Positions 28,446 to 37,561 of a stretch of DNA of 64,000 nt are shown piece after piece. Positions within the stretch are counted from its first letter, which is position 1. The number at the start of each line of letters is the position of its first letter. The stretch comes from an uncultured Hyphomonas sp. (GTDB taxonomy: Bacteria > Pseudomonadota > Alphaproteobacteria > Caulobacterales > Hyphomonadaceae), in assembly GCA_964644755.1 (NCBI GenBank), contig CAZXXY010000001.1, positions 3,484 to 67,483 on the forward strand, given 5' to 3'. The notes below the pieces were generated by a model, which saw only the letters and a program-made list of their open reading frames with translations, had not been told where the DNA came from and ran no database searches. The position numbers and the translations under genes were made by a program.

Positions 28446-29548
28446 GGCAACAAGACAGCCTTTACGCACTCACCTGCATGTTGGGCAGCGACCGCCTCAT
28501 TGATCTCATCAAGCTTGTAAGTCGTGATCAGTTTGTCAAACGGCAGCTCGCCCGCTTTGAAATGTTCGAGCAATTGGGGAATGAACGTATCCGGATCACT
28601 ATCTCCCTCAACAATTCCTCTTATCGAATGGCCCGCCATCAAAACACTATTGGCCACACCGGGCACGCCAGCACCAGCCGGACTTGCCCCGACCAAGCCA
28701 AGCGTACCGAGCGTTGCCAGATGCGCAAGACAAAGCTCCTGAACCGCCGGAAGACCGCTCGTATCTATAGCATTGTCCGCCCCATGCGGAATGATGGCCT
28801 GAAGCTCCTCGGTCAATGTCTCCGCCGCGAGCGGGTCCAGCACATGGGTCGCCCCAAGCTCCAACGCCAACTCTCGTCGCTCGGCAATCGGTTCAAGCAG
28901 GATGATCTTTGCGCACTTCTGTATCGCTGCTCCCATCACGGCGCTCAGCCCCACAGAGCCACCCCCTGCTATCAGCACTGAAGACCCAGATGGTAATTTA
29001 AGGGACCGCATCGCTGCCCCTGCTCCTGTCTGGATGCCGCAACCAAGTGGGCCGAGTATTTCTATCGGGAATGCGGGGTCAACTTTTACAACATTGCTTT
29101 CATAAGCGACAGCATAGGAGGCAAAGGAGGACTGGCCAAAAAAGTTCGCCCCGAGAGCGCCTGCGCTATTTGACAGCGCCGTGGAGCCATCATCGCGGCA
29201 CCCTGCAAAATTGAGCTGCGGCATTGTCCTGCAATAGGATGGGTCATGTGAATAGCATCTGTCACACGTCTCACAAGAGCGGAACGTTATGACAACATGG
29301 TCGCCCGCTTTGACCTTGGTCACATCTTTGCCGACGGCTTGCACAATGCCGCTTCCCTCATGACCGAAGACCGCTGGAAACGGAAAAGGAAACGACGCCT
29401 CGCCCGAGCGCACGACGAGATCTGTATGACACACCCCAACGCCTTTGATCTCGACCAGAACTTCATTGGGTCGTGGGTCTTCAAGCTCGACATCCTCGTA
29501 GCGAAATCCGCTCTCTCCGGCGTAGGCCACCGCCGCTTTGATCTTCAT
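28442..29548 (-). CDS. Zn-dependent alcohol dehydrogenase (aryl/benzyl-alcohol dehydrogenase-like)
   Basis: 368 aa with GVCHTDL, GHEGSG, structural-Zn cysteines CETCDRCYSHDPSYC and GGGSVGLS. Confidence 0.85.
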   Translation of the reverse strand: MKIKAAVAYAGESGFRYEDVELEDPRPNEVLVEIKGVGVCHTDLVVRSGEASFPFPFPAVFGHEGSGIVQAVGKDVTKVKAGDHVVITFRSCETCDRCYSHDPSYCRTMPQLNFAGCRDDGSTALSNSAGALGANFFGQSSFASYAVAYESNVVKVDPAFPIEILGPLGCGIQTGAGAAMRSLKLPSGSSVLIAGGGSVGLSAVMGAAIQKCAKIILLEPIAERRELALELGATHVLDPLAAETLTEELQAIIPHGADNAIDTSGLPAVQELCLAHLATLGTLGLVGASPAGAGVPGVANSVLMAGHSIRGIVEGDSDPDTFIPQLLEHFKAGELPFDKLITTYKLDEINEAVAAQHAGECVKAVLLP

Positions 29549-29606
29549 CGCATTCTCCCATTTCTCTTGTCATGGCGCAGCGGCGCCGTTTTAATTTCCC
29601 AAGACA

Positions 29607-30503
29607 CTATTCTTCTACTGCGACTACTTGCGAGCGCCTGCTTGGTCTGATCAGAATGATAAACACTCCGACCAATGAAACTGCCGCACCAAAAACGAGC
29701 TGCAATGTCAGCGCTTCATCGAGCAGAGCAATGCCTAAAATGACACCCCATATCGGGGCCATCAATGTGAGCGGCGATACCAGCGAAACATCGTATTTTT
29801 TGATAAGGTTGTAATATAGCCCCTGCGCAAAGACGCTGACCATCAAGACGACAAACGCAATGGCCAACCAGACAGGCCACCCGCCACTGACAAGCGCCGA
29901 TGCGTTATTGTGTTCGTGCTCAAGCAACGCGGACGCCACAAAGAGCGGCGCAAAACTAAACAGCCCTATCCATGCCTGCATTTGCAAGGTTCCCATTGGC
30001 GGGATGCGTTTCATTAAAATGCTCGCCCCGGACGCGAAAAAGGCTGCCATCGCAACAAATATCAGGCCTGCGCTTAGTCTGAAGGTCACAGGATCAAACG
30101 CGATCAAAGCGGTTCCCGCAATCGCCAAAACAATCCCTGATCCGCGCTTCCATCCGATCTGCTCGCCAAGAAAAACCACGCTCATTATCGTCATAAACGG
30201 CACGACCAGCTGGGCAACAACTGACACGGCACTGGCCTCGGCATGGGCCAACCCAACGAACATTAGCGCGAAATTAAAAGCGCCAACGCCCATAGCAATC
30301 GCAAACAGCATACCGAGGTTTTTGGGCAGCGGACGCAAAAATGGGAACAGGACCAATGCCGCGCCCAGAAACCGCACCCCGGCAAAGAATAAAGGCGAAA
30401 GCCCACCGTCAGTGACCACCCAGCGCGTCACTACGAAGTTCAAGCCCCAAACAAAACAGATCGCGGCCATCAGGAGAAAGTCGCGTCCCTTCACCTGCTG
30501 CAA
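29607..30503 (-). CDS. DMT superfamily transporter (EamA-type)
   Basis: 298 aa with about 10 hydrophobic helices in two EamA-like halves. Confidence 0.75.
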   Translation of the reverse strand: MQQVKGRDFLLMAAICFVWGLNFVVTRWVVTDGGLSPLFFAGVRFLGAALVLFPFLRPLPKNLGMLFAIAMGVGAFNFALMFVGLAHAEASAVSVVAQLVVPFMTIMSVVFLGEQIGWKRGSGIVLAIAGTALIAFDPVTFRLSAGLIFVAMAAFFASGASILMKRIPPMGTLQMQAWIGLFSFAPLFVASALLEHEHNNASALVSGGWPVWLAIAFVVLMVSVFAQGLYYNLIKKYDVSLVSPLTLMAPIWGVILGIALLDEALTLQLVFGAAVSLVGVFIILIRPSRRSQVVAVEE

Positions 30504-30555
30504 AGCCGCGACGTTATGCGCTCATTTCCAGATGCCAGATCGCGACTGATTGCGC

Positions 30556-31974
30556 CTATCCCTTGGCGATATAAACGGCTTGCGGCTGCATGTATTCGAG
30601 CAAGCCTTCCATGCCATTTTCTACACCGAAGCCGGAATTTTTATGACCACCGAATGATGTGTCCGGACGCAGGTTGAGGTTCTGGTTGATCCAAACCGTT
30701 CCCGTCTGCATCTTCCGCGCAATCTCAACGGCCTGATCGACATCCTTGGACCAGACTGCGCCAGCGAGGCCATATTCGGAATCATTCGACCGCGCCACAA
30801 CATCGTCGACATCAGTGAATTTTAGCATCGGCAGAATGGGGCCAAACGCCTCTTCCTGAACCACGCGGGAGGCTTCGGGTGGATTGTCGACAATGGTAAT
30901 CGGTATGAAATAGCCTTCGCCATCGGGAATGTCCGACGCCTCGATCAAAGTCAGGTCCTGAGCACGCGCATCTTCAAGCAGGTTCATCACCCGATCGAAC
31001 TGGCGTTTGTTCTGGATGGGCCCCATCGTGGTGCCCTGCTCGGACCCGTCGCCCATTTTTGTCGCCTTGGCGATTGCAGCGAGACGGTCACGCAAGCCGT
31101 CATAGACGTCTTCATGGACATAGAGCCGCTTGGTCGCAACGCAGATTTGCGCTGTGTTGAAGAAAGCCCCGAAGAATATTTTCTCGGCAACTTCATCAAG
31201 ATCAACATCTGGCATAACGATCGCCGCATCATTGCCGCCCAATTCCAAGGTCAGGCGCTTCAAGTCTTTCGATGCACTTTCCATGACGCGCTTGCCCGTC
31301 GCGGTAGACCCCGTAAACGATATCTTGTCGAAGCCCTCATGCGAGGTCATCCAGGGACCAAGATCATCACCGCCTGTGATGACATTGAGCACACCGGCCG
31401 GGAAGACGTCACGGAACAGCTCGCCCATTCTCAGGGTACACAGCGGAGTAAACGGTGACGGCTTGAGCACCATCGTATTGCCCGCCAGAAGCGCTGGCGC
31501 GATTTTCCATACGGCAAGACTAATCGGGAAGTTCCACGGCGCTATGGCGCAGATCACGCCCAATGGCGTGTATTTTGTTTCAATGAATTGCGTGTCGGAA
31601 TCTTCTGAGACGTGCACAGGGGGCCGGACCGTCGCGATGGCTCTCAGCCAATCTGCGGCGCCTTGAATTTCCAATAGGGCCTGATCGACGGGACGCCCTT
31701 GCTCTTTGGTGAACAGGCGAGCCATGTCCTCTGCTTCTGCCGCGAGAGCATCTGCTGCCTTGTTGAGTAGTGCAGCGCGCTCGTCGATGGGGCGGTCCCG
31801 CCATGCAGGAAAGGCTGCACGCGCGGAGTCCACAGCGGCATCCAGCTGCTCGCGGCTACATTCAGGTGCTTGCGCGAAAACGTCGCCAGTTGCGGGGTTT
31901 ACGACATCAAAAGCCGCATTGCCGGTGCCAGCTACCGCCACACCGTTAATCGTCATGCCAAAATCGGTACTCAT
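30556..31974 (-). CDS. NAD(P)-dependent aldehyde dehydrogenase
   Basis: ORF 30556..32202(-). Motifs FTGSTATGK, ELGGNDA and a catalytic-Cys region (AQICVATKR). Start set at the ATG at 31974 (MSTDFGMTING), 13 nt after GGAGG. The upstream 76 codons overlap the BVMO 3' end and look non-coding. Confidence 0.85.
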   Translation of the reverse strand: MSTDFGMTINGVAVAGTGNAAFDVVNPATGDVFAQAPECSREQLDAAVDSARAAFPAWRDRPIDERAALLNKAADALAAEAEDMARLFTKEQGRPVDQALLEIQGAADWLRAIATVRPPVHVSEDSDTQFIETKYTPLGVICAIAPWNFPISLAVWKIAPALLAGNTMVLKPSPFTPLCTLRMGELFRDVFPAGVLNVITGGDDLGPWMTSHEGFDKISFTGSTATGKRVMESASKDLKRLTLELGGNDAAIVMPDVDLDEVAEKIFFGAFFNTAQICVATKRLYVHEDVYDGLRDRLAAIAKATKMGDGSEQGTTMGPIQNKRQFDRVMNLLEDARAQDLTLIEASDIPDGEGYFIPITIVDNPPEASRVVQEEAFGPILPMLKFTDVDDVVARSNDSEYGLAGAVWSKDVDQAVEIARKMQTGTVWINQNLNLRPDTSFGGHKNSGFGVENGMEGLLEYMQPQAVYIAKG

Positions 31975-32137
31975 ATCGTTCGCTATGCCTCCATCCAAGT
32001 GCGCAAAACTAACCGCATTGTGGGTGATTTCGCGTCTTTTCTTTATATTCGTCACTAAAGCTCTTGCCACGCGCTTGCGACTGACAGAAGTCATAGGACG
32101 ATGCCGCCAGAGCCTTGTCAAATTCATCAGACAGGGA

Positions 32138-34663
32138 TTAAGCCGTTTTAAAACCCTGATAATTGTCAGCCGCGATTGCATCGCACAGGTGGCGGTAGAC
32201 ATCTACACCTCCGACATAAGCCATAAAGGTGCGAGGTTTGCCGGGAACATTGGCGCCGATATACCAGGAATTCGCCTGAGGAAACAAAGACAGATTTGCA
32301 GATTGCTCATTATGGATCGCCCATTCCGTTTCGGCTTGCTCGGTCGGCTCGATAATGGTGTGGCCGTTTTCCCTCATCCACGAGATACAGTCCCCAATCC
32401 AGTCAACGTGTTGTTCAATCGAAACCATCATATTGCTCAGGACTGATGGGCTGGACGGCCCAGTAATCGTGAACATATTCGGGAAACCAGCAATACATAA
32501 TCCCAGATAGGTATGAGGACCATCCACCCACTTGTCCCGAAGCGTCATGCCGCCAATACCGCGAATATCAACGCGCTCGAGAGCCCCTGTCATGGCGTCA
32601 AAGCCAGTTGCATAGACAATCACATCATAATCATCTTCACGGTCAGCTGTACGCACGCCAGAGGCCGTGATTTCAGTAATGGGGTTTTGATGCAGGTCCA
32701 CAAGGCGGACATTGTCCCGATTATACGTCTCGTAATAACCTGTATCCAGACAAGGGCGCTTGGTTCCGATCGGATATGTTTTGGGTGCCAGCACTTCGGC
32801 CAATTCAGGATCCTCGACGCGCGCACGAATTTTGTCGCGGACGAATTCGGAAACAAGGTCGTTGGCAGCCTGATTGGTTAGAACATCGGAATAGGTTGTC
32901 GTCAAAGCCGTCAAAAGCCCTTTGTCCCATGCCGTTTCCAGACGGTCCTGACGCTCATTATCGTTCTCTGAGGCCGCAGGCATAAGGTTACGCGGCGGGT
33001 TGGGGATGCCAGCAAGATGATGACGCTGTGCATCGCGATAGGCTGCATATGTATCCTTCATCTGCTGAATTTCGGCAGCTTCAAGCGGCCGGTTGAATGC
33101 GGGCATCGAATAGGCAGGTGTGCGCTGATAGACTGTAAGTTCTTCTGCCTGCTCGGCGATCAAAGGGATGGCCTGAATGGCAGAAGACCCTGTTCCAATG
33201 ACGGCAACTTTTTTGCCGGTAAAGTCGACCCCCTCATGCGGCCAGACACCTGTTGTATAGGCTTCACCACCGAAGGTATCTGCACCTGGAATGTCGGGGT
33301 TTTTGATAGCGGAAAGGCACCCGGTTGCCATGACCAGATATTGCGCGGAGATGACCTCACCTGTGTCCGTATAGACCCGCCAGCGAGAAGCGTCCTCATC
33401 ATAGTTGGCTCGTGTTACGCAAGTTTCAAACGTAATATCACGGCGAAGATCAAACCGGTCTGCAACATGCTGGGCGTATTTAAGGAGCTCGGGTTGAGGC
33501 GAATACTTCTCCGTCCAAGTCCAGTCCTGCTCCAATTCCTCATCAAATGAAAAGGAGTATGCCATGCTTTCAATATCTACTCGGGCGCCCGGGTAGCGGT
33601 TCCAGTACCATGTGCCCCCGACGTCATCTCCTTTTTCGATGACGCGCGCAGACAGCCCAAGTTTTCTAAGCTTGTGAAGCTGGTACATTCCAGCAAACCC
33701 CGCCCCGACAATGACGGCATCGACCTCGCTCGCCTGCGCCAAATGTCGGTCGATCTGTTGGCCAACATATTCCAGCGCGACCTCAGCCGCCGGCAGAATA
33801 CCCGTCATGGCAAAGAAATTGTGCATTTGCCGATCAAAGCGTTTGATTGTGACCGGCACGCCAGCGGCGGCCATCGCTTCACCATAAGCCTCAGCCTCAT
33901 CACGCAACACGTCATACTCGGCTGTCACCACAAGAGCGGGCGGCAAATTGGACAAGTCTTCCGCGCGTGCGGGCGAGGCATCCGGTTTGATGCGATCATT
34001 CTTGTCCGGTACGTAATGATCCCAACACCATTCCATCAAAGGAGCATCCAGAAGCAACTGATTGTCGGGATCTGCATATGTTGACGTATCCATCGCTGCG
34101 TCTGTGACGGGATAGACCAGCAATTGTAACGAGATGTCCGGCCCCTGCTCGGCTCTCGCCCGTTGCGCGACAACCGCAGCAAGATTGCCGCCCGCACTGT
34201 CACCCGCAACAATAAGCGGCACGCGCTTGCCCGCAATGGTCTCTATATTGGTATCCACCCACTTCAACGCATCCGACGCATCATCGGCGGCCGCCGGATA
34301 ACGGTGCTCAGGCGCCTTGCGATAGTCAACGAGGACGACGGCCGCACCCGTGCGCGCTGCGAGTTGGCGGCCTAGCGTGTCGTATTGATCAATATCCGCG
34401 AGCACCCAGCCGCCGCCATGATAATAAACCATGACTGCACGCGGCGCCTCTGTCGGGAAGAGAATGCGGACACGAAACGAATGGCCATCTGCCCCAGTCA
34501 CCAAATCATCGCGCACAGAGACCATTTCCGGCCCCGGCGGAGAGGCTTCAGCGATCTGTCTGCTGACTAGGCGCACCTCTTCAGGCGACATTTCATGAAG
34601 GCTGGGGCCGCCCATTGCTGCCAATTGGGCCAAAAATGCGGTACTTGCGAGATCTAGTTTCAT
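32138..34663 (-). CDS. fusion protein: family IV (HSL-type) esterase plus type I Baeyer-Villiger monooxygenase
   Basis: 841 aa in one frame. The N-terminal ~310 aa has HGGGW, GDSAGGN, DVLRDE and MHNF. Then come GAGFAG, GGTWYWNRYPGARVD, FGGEAYTTGVWP and VIGTGSSA. Confidence 0.85.
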   Translation of the reverse strand: MKLDLASTAFLAQLAAMGGPSLHEMSPEEVRLVSRQIAEASPPGPEMVSVRDDLVTGADGHSFRVRILFPTEAPRAVMVYYHGGGWVLADIDQYDTLGRQLAARTGAAVVLVDYRKAPEHRYPAAADDASDALKWVDTNIETIAGKRVPLIVAGDSAGGNLAAVVAQRARAEQGPDISLQLLVYPVTDAAMDTSTYADPDNQLLLDAPLMEWCWDHYVPDKNDRIKPDASPARAEDLSNLPPALVVTAEYDVLRDEAEAYGEAMAAAGVPVTIKRFDRQMHNFFAMTGILPAAEVALEYVGQQIDRHLAQASEVDAVIVGAGFAGMYQLHKLRKLGLSARVIEKGDDVGGTWYWNRYPGARVDIESMAYSFSFDEELEQDWTWTEKYSPQPELLKYAQHVADRFDLRRDITFETCVTRANYDEDASRWRVYTDTGEVISAQYLVMATGCLSAIKNPDIPGADTFGGEAYTTGVWPHEGVDFTGKKVAVIGTGSSAIQAIPLIAEQAEELTVYQRTPAYSMPAFNRPLEAAEIQQMKDTYAAYRDAQRHHLAGIPNPPRNLMPAASENDNERQDRLETAWDKGLLTALTTTYSDVLTNQAANDLVSEFVRDKIRARVEDPELAEVLAPKTYPIGTKRPCLDTGYYETYNRDNVRLVDLHQNPITEITASGVRTADREDDYDVIVYATGFDAMTGALERVDIRGIGGMTLRDKWVDGPHTYLGLCIAGFPNMFTITGPSSPSVLSNMMVSIEQHVDWIGDCISWMRENGHTIIEPTEQAETEWAIHNEQSANLSLFPQANSWYIGANVPGKPRTFMAYVGGVDVYRHLCDAIAADNYQGFKTA

Positions 34664-34697
34664 ATCGGCATGTCCTCATTTTTTATTTGAAAGCGCT

Positions 34698-35753
34698 TTA
34701 GCGGAATTCTTGCTGCAGCGCTTTGAGCCGTTCGGCACCCGGGTTCAGCTCTTTATAGGGGATCTCGTTCAACGGACGATCCTCCATCGCTTCCCGGGCG
34801 TGCATATCAGGGCGGCTCTGATCGATATAAAGCAGCCCCGTCAGCACCTCATCCTTGTCCTGACTTTCCATAATCCGAGAGAAAGCCGCCGCACGATTGG
34901 TTGGATCATAGTCCTTGTCGAGCTTGCGCAAATTGATCATTCCGCCATCGTGCAGCTCGACCGGCAAGACATCGCCCTCATCATAGGCTGCCTTTATCTC
35001 TCCGCTTGGCGGTACATAGTCGGCATGGACGGCTTTATGGTAATATTTGTATGTATGGGCATATGACTTCGTCGAGCCTTTATGGTCATTAAAGCTCACA
35101 CATGGGCTGATGACATCAATCAGGGCGAACCCCTTATGCATCAACCCCGCCTTGATCAGCGGCACGAGTTGGTCGCGGTCGCCCGAAAAACTGCGGCCTA
35201 TAAAGCTCGCACCAACCGACAATCCCAAGGCGACGGGATCAATCGGAGGCTGTTCATTCGCAGCGCCTTTTTTGGCGGTTGAACCAACATCTGCAGACGC
35301 CGAGAACTGCCCTTTGGTGAGCCCGTACACGCCGTTGTTTTCGAGCATGTATAGCATGTTTACATTTCGCCGCATCGCGTGGGCCAGCTGGCCAAGCCCA
35401 ATCGACAAACTGTCTCCGTCGCCTGAAACACCGATATAAGTCAGCGAAGAATTGGCAGCCGCGGCACCCGTCGCAAAACTAGGCATGCGTCCGTGCACTG
35501 TGTTCGCGCCATGCGCCTCGTTCAAGAAGTAGGACGTTGTCTTGGAGGAACACCCGATGCCGGATACTTTTACCGCTCGGTGCGGCTCAACGGACAATTC
35601 GTAGAAGGCACGCGCCATCGCAGCGGTGACACTATCATGGCCGCAACCAGCGCAGAGCGTGGACATTGCGCCATCATAGTCGGCGCGCGCTAGCCCCAGC
35701 GCATTCAGCGGTTCATTCTTGCGGCGAATTTTCGGTTTGACGAAAGATGTCAT
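34698..35753 (-). CDS. korB: 2-oxoacid:acceptor oxidoreductase, beta subunit (TPP-binding)
   Basis: 351 aa with CAGCGHDSV, GIGCSSK and GDGDSLSIG. ATGA overlap with korA. Confidence 0.85.
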   Translation of the reverse strand: MTSFVKPKIRRKNEPLNALGLARADYDGAMSTLCAGCGHDSVTAAMARAFYELSVEPHRAVKVSGIGCSSKTTSYFLNEAHGANTVHGRMPSFATGAAAANSSLTYIGVSGDGDSLSIGLGQLAHAMRRNVNMLYMLENNGVYGLTKGQFSASADVGSTAKKGAANEQPPIDPVALGLSVGASFIGRSFSGDRDQLVPLIKAGLMHKGFALIDVISPCVSFNDHKGSTKSYAHTYKYYHKAVHADYVPPSGEIKAAYDEGDVLPVELHDGGMINLRKLDKDYDPTNRAAAFSRIMESQDKDEVLTGLLYIDQSRPDMHAREAMEDRPLNEIPYKELNPGAERLKALQQEFR

Positions 35754-37561
35754 GCCGTCTTCCTCATTTTGATCGCGTCACTTATCGCTGCCTCGACAAA
35801 GCGATATCCGAGCGGCTCGCCTGAATAATGCAGAACAGATGTCAGCTGATCCTTGGTTGCGCTGGTCTCTCCGACCAACAGTCCCAGCAATTGCGCGTCG
35901 CGGTTTTGCTCGACCACAAATACCTGGCTGTGGGCATGAATAAAAGCGTCGACTTCCTCGCTGAAGGGGAAGCCGCGAATGCGCATGTAATCCACAGGAA
36001 CGCCGCTCGCTTCGAGCCTTGCGCGCGCTTCTCGCACGGCGCCATCCGAGCTCCCGATTGCGATCAGGCCAAAACTTGCCTTACCTTTGGCCATTTCCGT
36101 TACGGGGGCCGGAACCGCACTCGCCGCGCTTTGCCACTTGGCATAGAGCCGATCAACGACTTCCTTATATTCAGGCCCCTTTTCGGTATAGCCGCCATAT
36201 TTATTATGCCCTGATCCGCGTAGGAAATAGGCACCATTCGGATGCGTTCCGGGCAATGTTCGTGCCGCGATATGGTCGCCATCGACATCGAGGTAGCGAT
36301 GGAATTTCTCGACATCTTCCAGCTCTGCGGCGGTCAACACTTTGCCGCGATCGGGTACGTAGGTATCGTCCCAGGTCAGCTCATCGACCATCCAGTCATT
36401 CATGCCGATATCTATATCGGAAAGGAAGAAGACAGGCGTCTGGAACCGCTCGGCGAGATCGAGCGCGTTGACGGCCATGTCGAAACATTCGGCAGGGTTT
36501 GCGGGATACAGCACGATATGGCGCGTGTCCCCATGTGAGGCATAGGCGCAAAGCTGGATATCGCATTGCTGGGTCCGCGTCGGCATACCTGTCGAAGGGC
36601 CAACGCGCTGGATGTCAAAGAGCACCATCGGCACTTCAGAGTAATAGGCAAACCCGATCAGTTCAGCCATCAGCGATATTCCGGGACCGGAGGTTGGCGT
36701 AAACGCCCGGGCACCGTTCCACGACGCCCCGATAATCAGTCCGGCTGCTGCCAGTTCGTCTTCTGCCTGAATGATGCAATATTTGTTCTTGCCGGTCTCG
36801 GCATCGACGCGCAGCTCGCCGCAATATTTCGCGAAGCCGTCCATGACAGATGTCGACGGAGTGATCGGGTACCACGCCCCAAATGTTGCGCCACCATAGA
36901 TGCAGCCCAATGCGGCAGCCGTGTTGCCATCGATCATGACCTTGCCCGACGTTTTGTCGGAACTTTCCACTCGGAAATCGAGTGGGCAGGTAAAATGCTC
37001 CTTGGCATAATCATGTCCAAGCGCAACGGCTTTCATATTTGATGGAATGAGCTTTTTCTTACCGGCAAACATCTCTTCGACAAGGCCAGTGATCACATCA
37101 AGGTCAAGGTCGAGCAGTGCGGCGGCGGCGCCGACATAAGCCATATTCTTCATTAGAATCCGCGAGCGGGCAACATCGAATGCCTCGTTGCACATGGCCG
37201 ATAAAGGCACCCCAAGCACGGTAATATCCGACCGGCTCATAAAATGCGGCCGCGGCCATGTTGAATCGTATAATAGCACGCCACCAGGGGCGAGTTCGGC
37301 CAGATCCTGTTCATAGGTTTCTGGGTTCATGGCAATCATGAAATGAACCTGTCCATCGCGTCCGGCATGGCCCTCTCCGGTGACGCGAACCTCATACCAT
37401 GTCGGCAAGCCCTGAATGTTTGACGGAAAGACATTCTTGCCAACTACGGGCACGCCCATGCGGAAGATTGTCTTCATCAGAAGCCCGTTCGCGCTGGCCG
37501 AACCTGTCCCGTTGACCGTCGCAACTTTCAGTACGAAGTCGTTTACGCCCGGCCCGCTCAT
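35750..37561 (-). CDS. korA: 2-oxoacid:acceptor oxidoreductase, alpha subunit (fused alpha/gamma type)
   Basis: ORF 35750..37636(-). Start set at the ATG at 37561 (MSGPGVNDFVLKVATVNGTGSASAN), which overlaps the upstream TGA as ATGA. Confidence 0.85.
   Translation of the reverse strand: MSGPGVNDFVLKVATVNGTGSASANGLLMKTIFRMGVPVVGKNVFPSNIQGLPTWYEVRVTGEGHAGRDGQVHFMIAMNPETYEQDLAELAPGGVLLYDSTWPRPHFMSRSDITVLGVPLSAMCNEAFDVARSRILMKNMAYVGAAAALLDLDLDVITGLVEEMFAGKKKLIPSNMKAVALGHDYAKEHFTCPLDFRVESSDKTSGKVMIDGNTAAALGCIYGGATFGAWYPITPSTSVMDGFAKYCGELRVDAETGKNKYCIIQAEDELAAAGLIIGASWNGARAFTPTSGPGISLMAELIGFAYYSEVPMVLFDIQRVGPSTGMPTRTQQCDIQLCAYASHGDTRHIVLYPANPAECFDMAVNALDLAERFQTPVFFLSDIDIGMNDWMVDELTWDDTYVPDRGKVLTAAELEDVEKFHRYLDVDGDHIAARTLPGTHPNGAYFLRGSGHNKYGGYTEKGPEYKEVVDRLYAKWQSAASAVPAPVTEMAKGKASFGLIAIGSSDGAVREARARLEASGVPVDYMRIRGFPFSEEVDAFIHAHSQVFVVEQNRDAQLLGLLVGETSATKDQLTSVLHYSGEPLGYRFVEAAISDAIKMRKTA

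Noticed and set aside
31975-32202. 76-codon N-terminal extension of the aldehyde dehydrogenase ORF
   Set aside because: It overlaps the 3' end of the BVMO gene, is Arg-rich and non-conserved-looking, and the ALDH homology begins only after the ATG at 31974, which has a GGAGG upstream.
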